A stretch of 62,311 nt of DNA, filler included, from Sphacelaria rigidula (GCA_964200075.2; 4 parts of 4 records of this genome joined end to end with filler, not necessarily neighbours in it); one strand, 5' to 3'; shown: positions 24,293-37,136, counted from the whole stretch's first letter. Notes: generated by a model from the sequence alone, not told the origin. Numbers and translations: made by a program.

Positions 24293-26456
24293 AAATGCTG
24301 TCTTGTTTGGTGGTGGACGATCGAAGTAACTCGGATGAGTCTGTGATGCATGCGATCTCAGCGCACAGTAACAATATCAGTAGGGGTACCGGGGTGTCTC
24401 CAAATGAAGTTCATATCGGACGCTAGTCGCGTATGCCTATGGCCACTCTGGAGGGTCGTGGGATGCGGGGGCACCACGGTTTGAAGGCCGATCAGTTGGG
24501 TTATCTCCAGCTGATGAGAGAACGGCAGGTGAAGGCGTATGAACTGGTAATAGATGAAGATTTTCTATTTAGAGCAAAATACGAAGCCAAAAACCAGGAA
24601 GTTGAGGAAATGGCCAACCGCCGACCCAAATGGGAGGCGGGCCAGCGGGTGCTTATGCACGACGATAACAGCACCATCGCCGCGGGGGGTAAGGCGGTGC
24701 AGGTGGCGGCGAGCACAGCCCGGACGTCTTCGGCTTTGTCAGCGAAGCTGGCACAGTATTAACCGGGGCCTTACAAAATCTTATTTGTGGGACCGGGGGT
24801 AACACCTTCGGGAGAACAAGTGGGTAAAACGTTACTGTTGTTGGAGATTCGCCAAAACGAGCCAGGTGTTAAGATGAACTCCAGGGTGTTCGTGGCGAGG
24901 TGCAAGAGATGTTACAATCCCCACGAGGGGCCGGATATACCGCGATTTCTACCTCGGGGGCTTAGTCAGTACGTGATGAACAAATATTCCGAAGTGTTGC
25001 CCTCTCTACATTTGACCGGGGAGAATGTCACGAGGGAGTTGGACACACACCGGATATTGCCCGAAAAATTGGTGAAGCACAGGTTGTCCCGGGGTGTGGG
25101 TGGTGAGCTGGCGGTAAAATACCTCACGTGTTGGGGGCGGTTTGGATGTCTCTAGGTGCAAGCATGAAACCGATCTTGAGCAGTACGGCCGGCAGGTGAT
25201 ATTGCAATATTGATTGGGCGAACCGGTACAGGTCAAAGGTGATAATGCCCAGTACCGAAAACATTGCATCGAATTGTCGAGGCGCATAACGGCGCACGAA
25301 AGTAGTGGGTATTACGTGGCGCCTGGGTATAAGGTGTCGAGACGAAGGGAGTATGGGCCAGACGTGTACAACCCTGATATTGTCGTTTCTTATATGTATT
25401 TCACAACGGCCTTCGCAGGTTGGCAGTTGTCCCGAGGTGTTGGGGCTGGAGGAGGACCCGGGTCAGCAGGAGGGTCCACACACCCTCCGGATGATGGACT
25501 TGGGTCGGAAATACGCGGTGCACCTCAAGTGGGCAGCCCTCGATGAGAGCCGGGGTCGACCGGGGGACTGGTGCTGGCACCTCCACGTGCTGCGAAAAAC
25601 CGTCAACTATTTCGCGCATGGCTGGTGAAAGGGCGGGGCGTTTCGAAGTGGGTATCGGTTATGGTGGTGGAGGACTGGTGCGCGCACATCCACATGTTGC
25701 GAAACACCGTCAAATATTTCGCACATGTTTAGTGACAGGGCAGGTTGGATCGAGGTGGAACTAGACGTGGTGGACGGGTGAGCTTGATTTTTGGAATCTG
25801 GCAATCGTGAGGGGGGGGGGGGGGGTATCCTGGGCGCCGCGAAGGGAGCTGGTCGGATCACCAGGAATTTGCGAGCAAGGACGAGCAGGAGGACGAGGCA
25901 AGCGATAGATGTATTGACTGGAGCTCGGAGACGACTTCACTAATTTCCATTTTCTTGCTTTCTTCTGGACTTCTCCTGGTGGAGTGAAATCTGGAGCTGG
26001 AGTTACCGCCTCCATCGATTTCCCCACTCCTTGTGAGGCGGATGTATCGGGCGGTGATGAGTCTGGAAATTTAGTGGCCACATCAATGCGTTTTCTGTTT
26101 TCGGAGTTGCATCATTTGATTTCCTTTCGTGTCCTGTTTTTTTTTCCTTTTGCCTCAGGTAGGTTTTGGACAGCGGACCGTACTCTGGTCGAATGTTTTT
26201 TGTGGTTTCATTTCGTCGTAGTTGGATATCGGAGCCGGAGCCGTCGCCTCCTTCGATTTTCCCCACTCCTTGGAGGCGCACGGATCAGGAGTCAGTCGAG
26301 TTTCGGAGTCGGGATTGTGTATGTTAGCTACGGAAAATAAAGAACAAACAGGCAGGGGGCCGGGGGGTTACCAAGTGAGCTAACATTCAGGCTATGTTGT
26401 TCGCACAAAGTTAGGCCAGTCCATTCGCCAAGATATATGTTCACCGGATGGGCTGA

Positions 26457-28574
26457 TGTGGTGAGCCCAGTTCTCAGTCGAGAAACTGGACTAGGACACA
26501 GTGTGTAAAAACAGGGAATGAGCGTAAAAGGGGTGGTATCGGAGTATGGGTGGAGTATGATCCCAGTACCGCATTGGGCGAGGAAGACGGTTCCAGGAGA
26601 GTCGACAACAGACAGTCTTGATTTGGAGTGGTGAAGTACCGAGGGCCAAGCCCATCGCCGAGTGTGACTCATTGTTTGGACCAGGGACCTTGGTGTGCAA
26701 ATAACATAGCGCATCAAGTAAATGCCAAGGTAGCCGTTAGGCTATGAGCATTCAGAGAGCGAGACATCTTTTGTGCGCTTTTGGGGGCGAATTGCTGAGT
26801 TTGGCACGCCCCACCTTTGTCAGTTCTCACCAATCCCTCAACAGTTTGGGTTTGGATCAGCAGGAATCTGGTGAGTGCAGTAAAAGCAGTGATAAAAGTC
26901 AATTCAACGTCAACTTTCATCATCGCTTCTTCAGCCAACACCCACACCTCCACGAGGAAACATCTTCCTTGACAGACTCATACGGGGTTTTAACGGAAGT
27001 GATTGTCCCTTTTCAAAAAATCACTTTTGGAGGAGTGATTGCCCCCACAACGACCAGTGCTGCGTCTTATCGACAAGCAGTTTTGTCTAGATCGAAGCCA
27101 AGATCTGCACACAGATAAAAAATGCGGCGCTTCTGGAAGTGGCCATTAGTCCAATATCTCTGTACTGCTGCGGACAAGACGCCACGAGGTGAAATAGCGC
27201 CGACACACCAAGCCACGAAAACCGACGTGTAGACACTCACCACTCACGCGCATTACGGAGCTGGGCCGGCCAAGATTAGGTGTGAATCTCGGTCAGGCGA
27301 CGCACGGCGCGACATGAGGAGTTGAAAGCTGAAATTTTGACAGCAGCTTTTTATGATCGAAATGCAGAAGATCACGTCAGCAGCAAAGAAGAGGAAGAAA
27401 AAAGAAGTCACAGGCAGTTGAAATTTCAGCAAAAACAAGACAATGTCATGAGTCCAGGAAAAAAGAGGAGAGCCTGCAGCTGCTCACGTTAGGTATCAGT
27501 CCCTTGGGTGCAGAAGGTCTACGTGAAATTTCAGCTTGAGAATCGTCAAACTGGGCCGTGCGTCCAACATTTTCCGTGACGCTGCTGCACACCTATAAAT
27601 CGAGTGATGGGAGACTCCAATTATGGAGGTTATGAGTTTGAATCCCGACAGGTTCTCTTTTTTTTCGTTCGTCATTAAGATCATAGATCATGCAGTACAT
27701 TTTCCTTCCATTTTTTTCTTCATTCAGCGGCAGTGGCGTGTGGTACCAGATTGGTCTACACTTCACAGTGATATGCTCACATCGGGTTCATTCGGGAAAC
27801 TGGGAAAGCTGTGGTGTGAGCAACTTTTAGCCGCTTTTAAGCTGGCCCAGCGCGTAGCTCAAGCGCTAGATCTTCATAAACTACACACGACGGCCTTTGT
27901 TTGATGGAAATCCGCCCAGTATTGGATGAGAGGCGGCCGCGTGCGTGACAAACAGCAACCGGAAAAGTGCTGTTGCTGACAGTTTTGAGCGTGTGCTATG
28001 CGCGCGTCTCACGCAAATCATCATTTCTCACCGGATTCTGAACCGATTTGAGCAAGGTCACGCACAGCATGCTCAGCTGATGAGCAGCAATGAATGGAGC
28101 GGTGTGTTTTGGTTTGCGAGGGCGATACGATCCTCAGTTTCACGTTTGATGGTTTTGACTTGTCTGTCGAGACTACGGTTACGCCCCTGTCAACGGGATG
28201 TTTTATTTTCCCGTTCGAGGTGTCACAAAATCATTTTTGCAAGAGTGATTTTTTGGCACTTCTTTCTGTTTGCTTGGGGGGGGGGGGGGGGGACCACAAC
28301 AAACATCGGGGTTTTTTCCANNNNNNNNTTTTTGTTTTGTGTTTTTTGTTTTTTTGTTGTGTGTGGGGGGGGGGGGGGGGGGGGGGAACGCAACCAATCA
28401 TCGGTCGTTTTCACAAAAGTGATTTCTTGCAACGTGCTAATCCCTTCTGATACGACCCCGCCTCAGCAGCGTGCCTCAGCTCTGGGTAACTCACCACCAA
28501 GCGCCACAGGACCAAGAACGTTTTAGTGAGAACTAGGAATCTCAGTGTGTCGTGAGCGAAAACCAGGTTTCTCA
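26457..28574 (+). repeat. 3' LTR of Gypsy element A, split by a DNA transposon
   Basis: 26457-26980 and 28463-28574 are collinear with the 5' LTR (roughly 85-90% identity by eye). Confidence 0.9.
26981..28462. mobile_element. Non-autonomous PIF/Harbinger-like element inserted in the 3' LTR
   Basis: 3-bp TSD tca (26978-26980, 28463-28465), which is single in the 5' LTR. TIRs tacggggttttaacggaagtgatt vs reverse complement ggcggggtcgtatcagaagggatt. Confidence 0.75.
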
Positions 28575-28773
28575 TACAGTTTGAATGATTAGTTCCAGAG
28601 CATACCCATATTTCAGACCCGCTGTCGATGATAGCAGCTTTTTCGCCTAAAGTATCACAGCAGGGCAGCAATTCAACCAGTCTTTTCACGCTGGCATCAC
28701 AAGTAGAAGTCTAGCCTCGGCACAGGTGCGACCACCTGGTGGCGTGTTCATTATTCCTCCGCGTTGTTGTTCA

Positions 28774-29543
28774 CTCCCTCTGGCCGGGAATATTAGGCCG
28801 ATAAGCACAAAAAGCGGTTTATCTTGGGCCCATAATATTCTTTGCCAGAACGGTTTTTTCTATTGGCTTTTCCGAACCGACACGGAGCGGCCGAACCGAC
28901 ACGGAGCGGCCAGAACCGGCGTTTTTCAAAACCTTCGACAAAACACGTTGCCCTACCTCAGCAGAAATTTCTCGAAATCACCACCCCGACTTTGAACACC
29001 CGGTCAAAAGCCTTCCCATCTTCTGGTGAGGTATGTCCGCTGCTGGGAGTGCCTCCCAGGTGCCACAACGCAACAATCTCAACGATTTGGAAAAATCTGC
29101 GGTGATTCGGTACCTCCTCGCCGGTAGCGAGGACGGGGTTCTGAAGCGAGGTGCGTACAAGGGAGCAGCGAAGGAGCTCGGCTGCGGATGGAAGTCGATC
29201 AACAGGTTGTGGAAGAACTACGATCAGCAGCATAAAGCAGACGTCGCGCACCCACAGCTGGCGGGGGTGCACATTCAGCGTCCGCACTTCGTTTCTCCCG
29301 TGGTCGGGTGCATCTGAGCTGGATTTTCCCCGATTTTCACCTATTCGGGGATACTAACCAACCATCCCCCCCCTATTGAGCGGATACATTTTTTTTATCC
29401 AATTTGATATTCGATCATACACCAAACTTATCCGACGTCCCGCGTGACTGAATTACCCGATATGGATGATACAGGACATATCGGACATATTGGCCTTATA
29501 TTCCGGATATCCGGATCGGCCTTATATTCCCGGCCAGAGGGAG
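28774..29543 (+). mobile_element. Internally deleted Stowaway/DD39D-mariner element retaining the transposase N-terminal HTH (ORF 29033-29317)
   Basis: TIRs ctccctctggccgggaatat(t/a)aggccgat, flanked by CA / TA. ORF LNDLEKSAVIRYLLAGSEDGVLKRGAYKGAAKELGCGWKSINRLW resembles the N-terminus of plant-type mariner transposases. Confidence 0.85.
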
Positions 29544-30069
29544 TATCATTTTTAGTTTGTTGTCGAGTTTTGGTCCTTAGGCTTCCGTTTTCCATCCATA
29601 ACTGTACTGTACTGTACTGCTATTTATGTGGAATCTTAGGATATGGGAGGATTTAGAAGTGTTACTGGCGTTCTTGTAACGGTCACTGTTATTGGTGACT
29701 TTAGTCAAGGCAATCGCCGACTGCTCTAATTCACTCTGACCTTTGATCTTTCTGCTGCGCCTGCTCCAACTACTGCTGTTGATACATAGAGCTGCCTTGG
29801 GTTATATCGCATTATCCTCTAGTACAGCAGTCCTGTCACGTTGACTATGAAATTTCAGCACGATGTACGTGAGATATGTGCAAAGCCCCTACTATCATCC
29901 CTTCACCTTTTTTTTCCTTTCTCGTGTGTGATCGGTACACCAAAATTCGGGACAGCTGTTTGTCGGGACAAAATCCTTGACAACTCTTATGCAAACGAAA
30001 AAAGTCACAGGAGGGGGGCGTGGAGAATATGGTCTTTGAAAGTACCTCATGCGCATCGTGTCAAAGTTT

Positions 30070-30922
30070 GGCACAGGACCTATACATAGGGATGATATTG
30101 TAGTGAAATAAACTATTTGCGGGAATTGCGATTATGGCCAGGTGTTCAAGATCGGCACCCGGCAAACACTGAGGACCCGTTTAAAATCACCCGAAGAATC
30201 GAAACATGGGACATGTCCCTTTTCACTATACTGCAGCACAGACAAACCCTCACGCCACCCCTCATGTGTTGTAGCTATCACTGTTCTGTGGTGCGTTTAC
30301 ACCTGGGGAAGACGGTTTGGTCTCCACGGAGATCGTCTGAGCTGCTGCGTTGTTCGTGTTCGTCTCCCTCGAAAATCAAAATATCAGTCGTGGCGCACTG
30401 CTGTCTACACACTGACTGTTGAAATGTTGATGCTGCGTTGACTTTTTCGTCTTTCATAAAACGAACATGGTGCTGCCCAGATCCATCATTTGCGCGATAC
30501 CGAACATGGCTCGATACAGATACACAACCAGCGCCGGTATACGCCGCTTGACCGGCGGGGCCAGACCCCGTGCTCCGATGAAACAAGCAGCGCACAGCAT
30601 AATGCGGATATACTGCACCGCAAGGTTGCTGAATGCACCCGGCAGCGTGGCGGCCGCTGCTGCTGGCATTGGCGCCAGCGCTCGCGGCCACGGGAAGACA
30701 CAAGCAGCCATACTAAGATGGGGATATACCGATACACGAGCATCGCAATGACCCCCTGCGGCGGCAATGTACCACTCGCAGCCTGCTTGTCTGTTTGAAG
30801 CTTCGTTTATCTGCTGCTGCTCTATCCGTCCCGGCGCGACTGCAGCATGTGCTGCACAGGTGTGCGTCAAGTTTCGAGCCAATGACAGACATTTTTTACT
30901 ACATAACTCACTACGAACGTCA
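30070..30922. repeat. Dispersed repeat, copy 1 (shorter copy at ~37137-37724)
   Basis: Shared cacccggcaaacactgaggacccgtt...gaaacatgggacatgtcc, ctgtctacacactgactgttgaaat and the same end ctacataa.tc.ctacgaa.gtca. Confidence 0.85.
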
Positions 30923-30929
30923 GCGGGTC

Positions 30930-31071
30930 GCCCCGGTGGCTCAGTTGGTAACCTCGCAACCTTCTGACGGTTGAGTAGGGGGGTTCGATTCCCGGAGCGA
31001 TCTGGGATTTTTCTTACGTCATGCCCAACAACAGTGGAGAGCGACTCTGTCGTGGGTACACAAAATTCGAC
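30930..31071 (+). mobile_element. tRNA-derived SINE head
   Basis: A box TGGCTCAGTTGG and B box GGTTCGATTCC with tRNA-like spacing. The cloverleaf and acceptor stem are not intact, and a non-tRNA body follows. Confidence 0.6.
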
Positions 31072-31075
31072 TTAA

Positions 31076-31112
31076 CCCTTAGACCGCGAGAGAAGTCTTT
31101 TTGGATCATGCA
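31076..31112. mobile_element. Left end of a second copy of the piggyBac-type MITE
   Basis: TTAA|cccttagaccgcgaga...ggatcatgca matches 12779-12815 and is cut by the contig end. Confidence 0.8.
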
Positions 31113-31212
31113 NNNNNNNNNNNNNNNNNNNNNNNNNNNNNNNNNNNNNNNNNNNNTTAATTAATTAANNNNNNNNNNNNNNNNNNNNNNNNNNNNNNNN
31201 NNNNNNNNNNNN
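31113..31212. other. Artificial contig-joining linker
   Basis: N44-TTAATTAATTAA-N44. Confidence 0.97.
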
Positions 31213-34200
31213 TTTTTCCTCCCTTTCTGGCAATCAGGCAGAAGAAATCGTGAACTTGGTGATTTTGAGTCGTGATGATTTGTCCTTACCGTGAATTGGT
31301 TTCAGTAGCGCTATCTAGACAACCGGGGCGCCGCGGCCTGTGACTCATAACAAAATTGACCAGCGAAAATAAACGGCGGAAAAGCGAGAACCCGATCTGA
31401 CAGGTTCATGACCTTTACCGTATGTTCCTGTTTTTTTCTTCTCTTATTTTCCCCTCACAGATTCTTTATTTGCTCATCAGTAAGGATCGATAACGCAGAA
31501 AAAAAAATATTTTTCCAGCAAGAGGGCGGCTCGACAAAACATGGTGCGACAATCAGGAGAAAGTGCCATGGTTGTGATGTGCCGTCATAGGAAATGTGTG
31601 CTCGACACTTGAAAGCACGGCCCCGACCCCTTGAGATGAGTCATGCTCGAAGCGTTACACCTTCAGAGGTGGCGCCGTAGTTTACCGCATTACAACGGCG
31701 AGGAGAAGCCAACTGCGTGAGAGTTTCATGACAAAACATTTCTGGAAAATAACTCAGTTTTGAACGGAGGTATCCGCCGGAAAACAGACGTCGTTGCTCC
31801 AGTTCCTCGTGCCTGATGAACACATTATCAAGAAGTTCGTTAGGGACAACAGCCTGGGCTGCTACCGGGCGCTGTGTCGGAAGCCGTCGTGTGACCTCAT
31901 CGATTTTGTGGGCTGATTACTTTGTACGGGTACATACGTATCACGGTAGCACGGCTAGACCCCTGAGGGATCAGATGAAGTGCGACAACCAATCAAAATT
32001 GATCAATCAAATATACCCACTCACGCAGTGAACTCACCTACACCATGTTCGGCTCCTCCGCATATCACTTCACGATATGAGACCATTTCACCACGTAGGT
32101 TTCAAACCCAGGTTGTAGCAAACCCTAGCCCTATCTTTCCCTCATCCCCAGGTACACCCCCCCCTAATCCCCAACCCCCGAAGCTCGCTGTCGGCAAAGA
32201 CAGCACGAATCTGCCGAAACCACCACGGATGATCATCTGATAAATCGGCATCACTTTTACTCGAAACGTGACACTGACGACCTGGATCATCCACCCTCGC
32301 GGTCGAGGGATCAATGGTTGGATACAGTAATGCTCCATCTGTCAAACCAGCATTAGTCCCACATGCAAAACGAGAGTCAGGCTCAGGCGATCATCTGTGG
32401 GCACTCAAGGGATGGAGCTACGGTTTCGCCCTCTACCCTTTACCGGTCGTCTGGAGCATGGTATCCCTTCGTGCAAAGCTCGAACACTTTGAAAATATCC
32501 TCACCATCTCTTCCTTCGCAGCCTCCCGAGTCTTCTGTTTCTTCGGGAGCAGGTTCCAGGCTGCAAACCAAAGCCCGGCCAAAATCGCAACGGAGGAGGG
32601 CGCGGCAAGTTCTTGGAGATTAGAAAAACACTTGCAAATCCAAACCTCGTGGAAAGGCGCCGGTAGCATTGGAAAATTGCCGCGGATTCAGAAAAACGAT
32701 TCCAACCTCCGACGACGGCTGAGAGGCTAGTAGCTATCCGGAGGCATGTACTGAGAGTGGTGGGCATGAGCAGTCCGCGGATACGGCTCAAAGTGCCGTC
32801 GTGTGACTTGCACCCCGTGTTGCACCGCATACAAGTGGAAAAAAAAAATGACCGCGGGTCAGAATCTTCAATTTTTCTCCGAGAAATGCCACTATTTCAC
32901 CATGGCGCGCCCACGTTCACCGAGGTGATATTTTGAGGAGACCATCACCAGACGCCGCAGAGATGTCCTGCCTACTTGTCGGAGCTCAGGAGAATATCAG
33001 TTCGCTCGAGATGGGGGGGCTCACAACGTGCAACAAAGCTCACTAAAAAGTTGTGTTCTGTAGAGTATGTGTACCCCGAAGTGCAGGATTTTTGGTTCGC
33101 ACACTGAACCATACCGAAATGTGTACCGAGCATGCCGATATGGTTCGGAACAGGGTGTCGAGCCTTGTTCCGAAAACTCCGGTTATGGTCCGGAAGGGTA
33201 TTTCCTGATAAAACGCCTCTTTTCATACCAAGATAAATACTGCACCCGAATTTCACCTGGTATACCTTACAGAACACCATTGTTCTGAAATACAGTAAGA
33301 CAGGATAATGACGGATGCTCGAAAATACATGGCCGCCTTTGCCAACCGTGATGTCAACCTGCTGCACCCAACCTGTCTCCTGCACCGGTAGATGGACTAA
33401 ACACCTCGAGCGAAGTCCGGAAACGCGCAGGGATAGCTGGGTCCAAATCCTACTTGGACCCGACTTTCAATCCGAAACACGAGCACTGTGCCTGTGCAGC
33501 TATATTCTGGATGCCGCTGTGCTGGCGTCAAATACAGAAATATCCTGCGCTACACTTCGTAGTCTATTAAAACAAAACACATGTGTGGACGTTGTTATGC
33601 GGATTCTGATGAATAAACTGCAGAGGGTTTGCCGGGATTTCGTCGACACCGCAGGTGAAACAATGCGACAGGAGGTGGCCAACCTCCAACTTTACAAACA
33701 TGGGGACGCCAAAGCATAGGTGACTTATTTGTAGCTCTAGTGCACAACCCGTATCCAACACCGACTGTGTAGTGTTCTGCTGGAAATCAAACACGAAGAA
33801 AGGGCTGGTCGACAGGATTCAAACCTCAAACAAGTAGACAGATTACGTAATATCTTTCTTAACCCTTGTGTAACCGTTGATGGAAAAGTGACGATGTACA
33901 ATTGATGTTTTCTCGGGCAAGATATGGTTGATCTTCTGCCACTGTTAATGTAGCCCATCACGACGGTGCACCACTCTCAGCTCAAGTATGCCAATGTGAC
34001 AGATCCATGCACCGAACTCGAAGTGACGTTTCCCGGTGACGAAAGCTCACATATGGGAGCTTGTAAATCGTCACTTTTATGTCAACGGCTCCAATCGGGT
34101 CAAGTTCAACATACAGCGAAGCTGTTTACAACGAGTGTCGCACGAGGCCCAGAGACCTTGTAACCGCCAGCAAGAGCTACGTGCGGCGAAATCGACTTAC

Positions 34201-34271
34201 TTTTATTACATTGCTTTTAGCTATCGTTTCGGCCACATTTTCAATGCTCAAACCCCATGATAGAGGTAAAC

Positions 34272-34402
34272 ACCCTGGACGACAAATTGTTTTGTAAAAA
34301 ATGTACTGCGTACAGTATGGAATCTATCGTCTATTGCAATAGGCGCAATATTCGATACTGTACGCAGTACAAATTTTGACGATATACTCTGTTATCCAGG
34401 GT
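34272..34402. mobile_element. Small fold-back MITE
   Basis: accctgga...tccagggt termini, inner arms tgtactgcgtacagtat / atactgtacgcagtaca and a palindromic centre ctattgcaatag. Confidence 0.7.
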
Positions 34403-35130
34403 ATGTAGAGTTTACAGTATCTCGACTCTCACAAAGCCAACCGAGACCTTCCAACTAGCGCTGTATCGCTGAGACATATTGCTGCTACCAATGCCGTCGA
34501 GTGCTGTTGTGCTGAAAAATTGACGTGAAATTGACAGTAGGAGGTAAAACCGAAAGCATCGCCAGCAAATATCGTACTGGTTACCCAGGTGATGAGGATA
34601 AGGCTGGCCTAAAACGGCGGCTTCGAGCTCGTGCTGTTCCCGCGTGCAAGCGTTGCGCTGGGTTTCGTACAGCGTGAGTTATCAGCGACTGGGTCTTGGC
34701 AGGGAAGAATGGAGGATGACTTTCGAGCTTGTACCAATACCGATATCTGGTGTTGGTGATTCCGAAGGATATACATCGACAACTTGTACGCTACACTACA
34801 GTATAGTCGATGGAATGGAGTCATAGCGGGACCCATTTTCAATGGGTGCGTTATACCCCACAACTGGGTTAACTCTTGAGTGTCCCGACGTGTCAACATG
34901 TATCCCAATGCGCCGGAGGGCTCATAGTCCGTGTTTCATTGGGGTTGGGGTTCATAGTGGAATGGTTGGGATGGTGTGACGATCAACAACTGCACAAGGG
35001 ACCACTTTGCAGACAAGTAGTAACACTTCGGTGGATCCAATCGGGTCCAAATAGTGATTTTGCCAAGTGATCGATGCTGGACGATTTGTACGAGAACTCT
35101 GTGGACCATCCCACCACCTTCGCCAGAAAC

Positions 35131-35640
35131 GAGAGGCTGCTGCGTCGAGACCCGACAATCGGAGAGCTGCCACCGCTAACATAACAACGGCAACAACTCG
35201 CGAGGAATCCAAGATGGAAATTGTCGAGAGAATGCCTCGCTTTGTATCCGACAAGGGATGAGTGGGGGAAGCTGGGTCAGCAAGGAAACTGATGTACCCC
35301 TGTCTAATCCTACCGGTTGTTGGCTTCGTCCTCGGTCGGTGGTCGTACGATGTTCCCTGTTTGTGCGTTTGTTTCCGTGGTTACCCAGCTTCACTGCACT
35401 GCATCCTAAGTCTTCATCGCTTCCGTCGTTTCCTTCTTCTGTGTTCTTCCTCCTTTTCCTCATCTCTCTGTCTCTGTCTCTGTCTCTGTCTGTCTGTCTT
35501 CTCTCTCTCTCCCCCTTTGTATGTGTATTCCTTTCCTCCCGATGTGGCAGTTTGATGCCTTACTTCCTTAGGGTTCATGGGTGAGAGCTCATACCAAAAA
35601 TCGTATGGCCGAAATAGCTGAGCCGCAATCTCCTCCCACG
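35131..35640. repeat. Dispersed repeat, copy 2 (see 5600-6060), containing a (TCTCTG)n tract
   Basis: Collinear similarity to 5600-6060. Confidence 0.8.
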
Positions 35641-37136
35641 GCTTTCGCACTGTCGTTCAGATATAAAGGCTGGGTCAGGGTGAATGCCCAGATTTTTTTC
35701 TCACCAACACACAAGAACGCAAAACTGGCCTGATAAAAACATATTTGAAATCACAGCGATCCACACGAGCAAGCGAACAACAGTGTGGCATAGCCAGAAT
35801 TGTATCTTGCATCCTTTGCGGTAGCGCCAGAGGTGAAAAAGTTTCTCATTGGTCTTCAAAATGTTCTGAAACTAAGACTGCGAACTCTCGAAACAAATTT
35901 CACCTAGTCTCATCATGAACCAAATCTTGTTAACCCCCTTCAGCTAGGGAATCTAAGGCAAAAAACATTCTTGAAAACAGTTCGAATGGGATCGAATTAT
36001 ATCCCAAACCTTAGTATTTCGGTCATGTGAGGTTTTGGCATTGTTGAATTTCCACTGATGGTATAGATCAGGACTCAACAAGCCTCGTGAAGGTTTTCCT
36101 TATGCCTGTTATAAAAAAAGTCTGATCACCCTCAAACTTCGCAGTTCAGTAGATGTGGGTGCTCCGAATGGAAACGAAAAAAAATCATTGTAGAGCGTTT
36201 CGCAGGTCATCTGCTGTCTGCTGGCTTCCGGGGGTCCAAACGTGAATACCCCCCAGAAGCCGGTGAAAAAATGCCTCAAAATTAGAAAAGAAAAAAAAAG
36301 TCTACTCGTTCCACAAGAGTCCAAGGAACGTATGAACAAAGTTTCGTTGCCAAAGTAAAAAAACTGATCCCACATGGTCGATGCAAGCTTGAACGCACAA
36401 GAAGAACTCGGAAGCAATCCTATACTCAAGTAATTAGGCGGCTCAGCGTACACGCGTACATTCCACCGCACGCACCCGCGATTTCTCATGCAGGTTTTTC
36501 GAGTTAGACCCTGAAAATTTGCACACGTGCGCTCTGGGAAATTGCAGAAAATTTCTGAAATGTTTTTCGTTTCTTCGCCGGGGATCCGGGGTCCCTGGGG
36601 TCCCGTATATATTTTTTAGAAATATCCCAGAGCACACATGTGCAACATTTTGAGGGTCTGAATCGAAATCCCGCGGGAGAAATCCCTGGGGAGTGAATTC
36701 TGGGCATTCAACCCAAACCAGTCTGTCAGTACATCTGCTTTGGCGCAAGACCTTTTTCACCTGAAGCCATGATGTAGAGGTCGGCATTCTCTCTCTGTTT
36801 TTTTTCTTCTTTTTTTCACACCCTTAACAATAGAAGCCAATAGTTGCAACAGGCCTATACTTCACGCAATACATTTTTTCAACTATTGCTACTATTGGCC
36901 AAATATTGTGTAGAATGTGCTTTTTTCTTCCGTCCACTCTGTGTGTCCGTTCTATCTCTCTGTTTTCTTCACTTCTCTTCAGCGAGAGTTCCCATTTCGT
37001 TCACCTTGGATATGTCTACAACACAGTATCTTGTGACCACTGCTGTGTTTCTTGGGGATCAGTCATGTGCGACAAATAATATAAAAAAACTATAATTCAG
37101 AACCATCAAAATGGGCACTCCACCCATTTGTAGGCA

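Larger units (their letters stand above)
16047..28574 (+). mobile_element. Decayed full-length Ty3/Gypsy LTR retrotransposon (element A)
   Basis: Two LTRs, a PBS, and pol in PR-RT-RH-IN order: protease ~20291-20620, RT with YIDD at 21789-21800, RNase H (TDASKEGLGAVVEQ, TELE) ~22100-22600, integrase (CYSCQ, SDRGSKF, YHPQTNGMAERLN) ~23520-24430. Many stops and frameshifts. Confidence 0.95.

Noticed and set aside
30930-31000. Functional tRNA gene
   Set aside because: A and B boxes are present but the acceptor and anticodon stems are not intact, so it is treated as a SINE head.
32490-34000. Possible exons of divergent genes (minus 32494-32620; plus from ATG 32902, including ORF 33315-33719)
   Set aside because: Splice-like sites exist, but I could not build a consistent model or recognise a domain.
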